In this document: one piece after another, positions 29,097-32,000 of the stretch
Numbering within the stretch: the stretch's first letter is position 1
Layout: each line of letters opens with the position of its first letter
From: Candidatus Thorarchaeota archaeon
GTDB lineage: Archaea; Asgardarchaeota; Heimdallarchaeia; Hodarchaeales; Hodarchaeaceae
Length of the DNA: 32,000 nt
Reading direction: 5' to 3'
Assembly: GCA_048882505.1 (NCBI GenBank)
Contig: JBHLRO010000003.1
Coordinates: 240,001 to 272,000, forward strand
Notes under the pieces: model-generated
Databases searched by the model: none
What the model was told of the DNA's origin: nothing
What the model saw: only the letters and a program-made list of their open reading frames with translations
Position numbers and translations under genes: made by a program

Positions 29097-30047
29097 TTAT
29101 TCCAAGAAATCTATCCAGTCGATTTTGGCATCATTTAGGATGTAAATATCCTCCAGATTGATCTTATGTGTTTGAATATCTACATAGCTCTTAGCTTGAT
29201 TGGTTACAATCTCCCTTACTTCATTGACTTGATCATCGAAGCAATAAACTTCAATAAATGTTGAATCAACTGAAAAATAGAGAAAGTTTTCTAGTTCGGT
29301 CAAATCTGTTTTATTGATTTCTTCATTAGTCCAAATCAAAAGCTTTTGCAATCTTTTTAGCTTTCGATGCATATCTGAAATTTTAAACGGCCAATAAACC
29401 ATACTTCCTTCCTCGAGAAAAAACACACGATCACATACTGTTTCAACATCTTCCAAAACATGTGACGAAATCAATATGGTCTTGCTACTGCTCTTTCTCA
29501 GCTTTGTTAAGATTTTCCTTACCTGATATCTAACCAAAGGGTCAAGACCAGATGTAGGTTCGTCAAGAAGTAAGAGTGGAGGATCATGTATCAATGTGAT
29601 GGCCAATCCCACCTTGTGTAACATTCCTTTTGACAAGGAATGAACTTTAGTTTCTAGAAAAGAACCAATCCCTAGCATTCTAATTGTCTGCTCTTTAACT
29701 TCTTCCTGATCCATTCTATCCATAGGTGTCAGTTTTTCAAAAAAGTTAAGAACATCTTCCACCTTGAAATAGGGATAAAAGGCAAATCGCTCTGGTAAAT
29801 AACCGATCATCGCTTTAATTCGAGTTGCGGAAAACCTAGGGTCCATATCGAATATTTTGACTGTGCCTGAAGATGCATAAATTAAGGTGGCTAAGATTCG
29901 TAGCAAAGTTGTTTTTCCCGATCCATTACGCCCGAGGATGCCAATACTCTCTCCCCTTTCTACTAGGAGATCTATGTCATGTAATACCATTTTATCAGGA
30001 TAATAAATCTTTTTTAGATCCTCAATGAAGATAGGAACAGCTGACAT
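29097..30047 (-). CDS. ABC transporter ATP-binding protein (CcmA/DrrA-like)
   Basis: Walker A GRNGSGKT, signature LSKGM, Walker B LLLLDEP, D-loop SGLD, H-loop ISSH. Confidence 0.96.
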   Translation of the reverse strand: MSAVPIFIEDLKKIYYPDKMVLHDIDLLVERGESIGILGRNGSGKTTLLRILATLIYASSGTVKIFDMDPRFSATRIKAMIGYLPERFAFYPYFKVEDVLNFFEKLTPMDRMDQEEVKEQTIRMLGIGSFLETKVHSLSKGMLHKVGLAITLIHDPPLLLLDEPTSGLDPLVRYQVRKILTKLRKSSSKTILISSHVLEDVETVCDRVFFLEEGSMVYWPFKISDMHRKLKRLQKLLIWTNEEINKTDLTELENFLYFSVDSTFIEVYCFDDQVNEVREIVTNQAKSYVDIQTHKINLEDIYILNDAKIDWIDFLE

Positions 30048-30387
30048 GGAATTAACGAAACCCCTGCAAAGAAAAATGCTCGAGAAACATATATTCTTTG
30101 ATTTAGTCCGTTACGCAGCTTATATAGATTTTGGTACAATCTTTTGACACGGTGACGGAAAAAAGGTTATTTGTCATTCAGAATGGAATAAATCGATGGA
30201 TTTACAGTGGTTTTTGTCCGTCTTACCAATCCAAATGTATTTCTCGGTCACCCGCGTCTATTTCTAGGGAAAAGGAGAGGTTGCAAACATTTTTGAATCA
30301 TGTATGAATAAAATTCCTTGATTACCGTATGATTTGGTAACTTTGATGATGAGGTGAAAAGTTCGGAAGAGGGGTTAAGCAGAGGAA

Positions 30388-32000
30388 ATGAAGATCATTA
30401 AGGCTCTCTCACAAGGAAAACAGCAGATAAAGACATTGTTAGGTCTTTCTCGAAAGAACTTCACCCGCTCTAAATATCGAAGTTTTCTCCTTATACTAGG
30501 GATCCTGCTTACAGTCGGGTTGGAAACTGGGATTGCGGTAAGTGTAGACACATTATACGATGACTTTTCTCTTCAAAACAGAAATCAGAATTATACTGAC
30601 ATTACCGTCAGTCCGATCTCTTGGCTAGATCTATCGTCCTTAAGAGCACTTGCAAGCGATGTTCGTGAAACCCCAGGTGTAGCAAAAGCTGGGGCGACCA
30701 GTTTTTTCAGCGTTTCCAGCCTCATGGAGCTGATCGAGGAACGACCATTATCCTATAATATCCTGATTTATGGTATGGACTCCGAAACCCATCCTGACCA
30801 CTCCAATATCGACATTGTGGCGGGTTCACGAGCAGTTTCCGGCAATAAAATCCTTGTTTCAGAAAAAATTCAACGGACGTTAGGATTGGAAATTGGTGAA
30901 ATAATTGATCTGTCTTCCGTTGTATCTGGAGGAAACGTCGTAAATGTTCAAATTGGAGGGATAATATCGGATAGATGCGTAATCGGTAATAAACTGGGAT
31001 TTTTTTATATTATTGCGGATATAGAAACCGTTTTTTCGGCGGTTCCTTTAACTCAAAGAGAAGATCTTTTATCGATTGAAGTTGACGTGTCTGTTTCAGA
31101 CATACTTCTTATCAAGAAAACTGCGGAAAATATTGAAGATAGAATTGGTCTTGAACATTCTGTATTCGTAGAGAAAGACGTTTCGGACATTAAAGCCACT
31201 GGAATCCGTGCTTACCAGACGGCCATGAATCTGGTTATTCTTGCGTCATTTTTTGTCGAATTCTTGTTTATAACTAATGTTATGGCGATTTCAATCAAGG
31301 ATCGAGAAAAGGAAATTGGCATTCTTCGGACGGTAGGCACCAAATCCTGGCAATTGATTGGCATAATAGGTATTGAAATCTTGATTTACGCATTAATTGG
31401 AAGTTTCTTTGGCATTTTTGTGGGGATTGGATTTTCGATAGTCTTAGTTGCTCTGATGGATCAGTACTACACCAGTATCCAATTCAAGACCCTTTCTCTT
31501 CACCCTCCCTCTTTAATTGCAATTTTTATTTCAGGAATTATGGTTGCTTTGATTTCAGGTTTGTATCCGATCTTTTTAGCAAAAACCATGCCCGTGGTAC
31601 AAAATATTCACTCCCGAATGAGAAGTACGAAATCCTCGAAAAAATCTGGTCAAATCTGGAAATTTACTATGATAGCGGGGATTCTTTTGATGGTCACAGC
31701 ATTCGCTTTACAATATTTCATTGGCCCCTCACGTTTTTTGGATTTTTCACTTCTGTCTTTTCATTTCGTTAGTATTTTGATGATCTTCCTCGGGACACTC
31801 CTGGTTGAAGCTGGGATTCTCGTATTTTTACCCCGTATCGCCATGAAAATATTCGTTTGGTATGATATCGTGACCAGAACCATTTCCATGAGGAATATTG
31901 CCCGAGAGTTTCAGAAATCACTACTTACCATTATGACTTCGGCCTTAGCCTTAACGTTCATCATTATGGTTGGCTCTTTGTCGGCCTCTATCATCGCCGA
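30388..32000 (+). CDS. FtsX/MacB-type ABC permease, truncated by window end
   Basis: Open frame from ATG 30388 to the end: MKIIKALSQG...KNFTRSKYRSFLLILGILL..., an extracellular domain, then IKDREKEIGILRTVG and a second-module NIAREFQKSLLT. Confidence 0.88.
   Translation, partial: MKIIKALSQGKQQIKTLLGLSRKNFTRSKYRSFLLILGILLTVGLETGIAVSVDTLYDDFSLQNRNQNYTDITVSPISWLDLSSLRALASDVRETPGVAKAGATSFFSVSSLMELIEERPLSYNILIYGMDSETHPDHSNIDIVAGSRAVSGNKILVSEKIQRTLGLEIGEIIDLSSVVSGGNVVNVQIGGIISDRCVIGNKLGFFYIIADIETVFSAVPLTQREDLLSIEVDVSVSDILLIKKTAENIEDRIGLEHSVFVEKDVSDIKATGIRAYQTAMNLVILASFFVEFLFITNVMAISIKDREKEIGILRTVGTKSWQLIGIIGIEILIYALIGSFFGIFVGIGFSIVLVALMDQYYTSIQFKTLSLHPPSLIAIFISGIMVALISGLYPIFLAKTMPVVQNIHSRMRSTKSSKKSGQIWKFTMIAGILLMVTAFALQYFIGPSRFLDFSLLSFHFVSILMIFLGTLLVEAGILVFLPRIAMKIFVWYDIVTRTISMRNIAREFQKSLLTIMTSALALTFIIMVGSLSASIIA

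Overview
About 32 kb of densely coding, fairly AT-rich DNA. Archaeal-style BRE/TATA promoters, oligo-T terminators, PGF-like C-terminal sorting signals and several ArsR-like winged-helix regulators point to an archaeon. An Asgard/Heimdallarchaeia-like host is plausible, but this is inference only. The window is an accessory patchwork. Stress genes: hsp20, katG, htpX. Membrane-processing enzymes: ICMT-like and CPBP. Small enzymes: two SDRs, GNAT, MBL-fold, SnoaL-like. Other genes: a MerB-like protein with an extra C-terminal winged helix; surface or glycan-active proteins (GH42-like, Ntn-hydrolase, a 1280-aa beta-helix plus 8 Ig-like repeats, GH16); and two divergent ABC modules, the last running off the window end. 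Not in the ORF track but visible in the sequence: a 54-aa zinc-ribbon ORF (816-980), a triple-frameshifted pseudogene (25978-26429) and the partial FtsX-type permease (30388 to the end). The most unusual non-coding signal is a dispersed, structured 58-63 bp repeat at the 3' ends of three unrelated minus-strand genes, with partial copies elsewhere, one of which brackets the SnoaL gene in inverted orientation. No rRNA, tRNA, CRISPR array, transposase or integrase was recognised. All family calls come from motif recognition by eye, not database searches.
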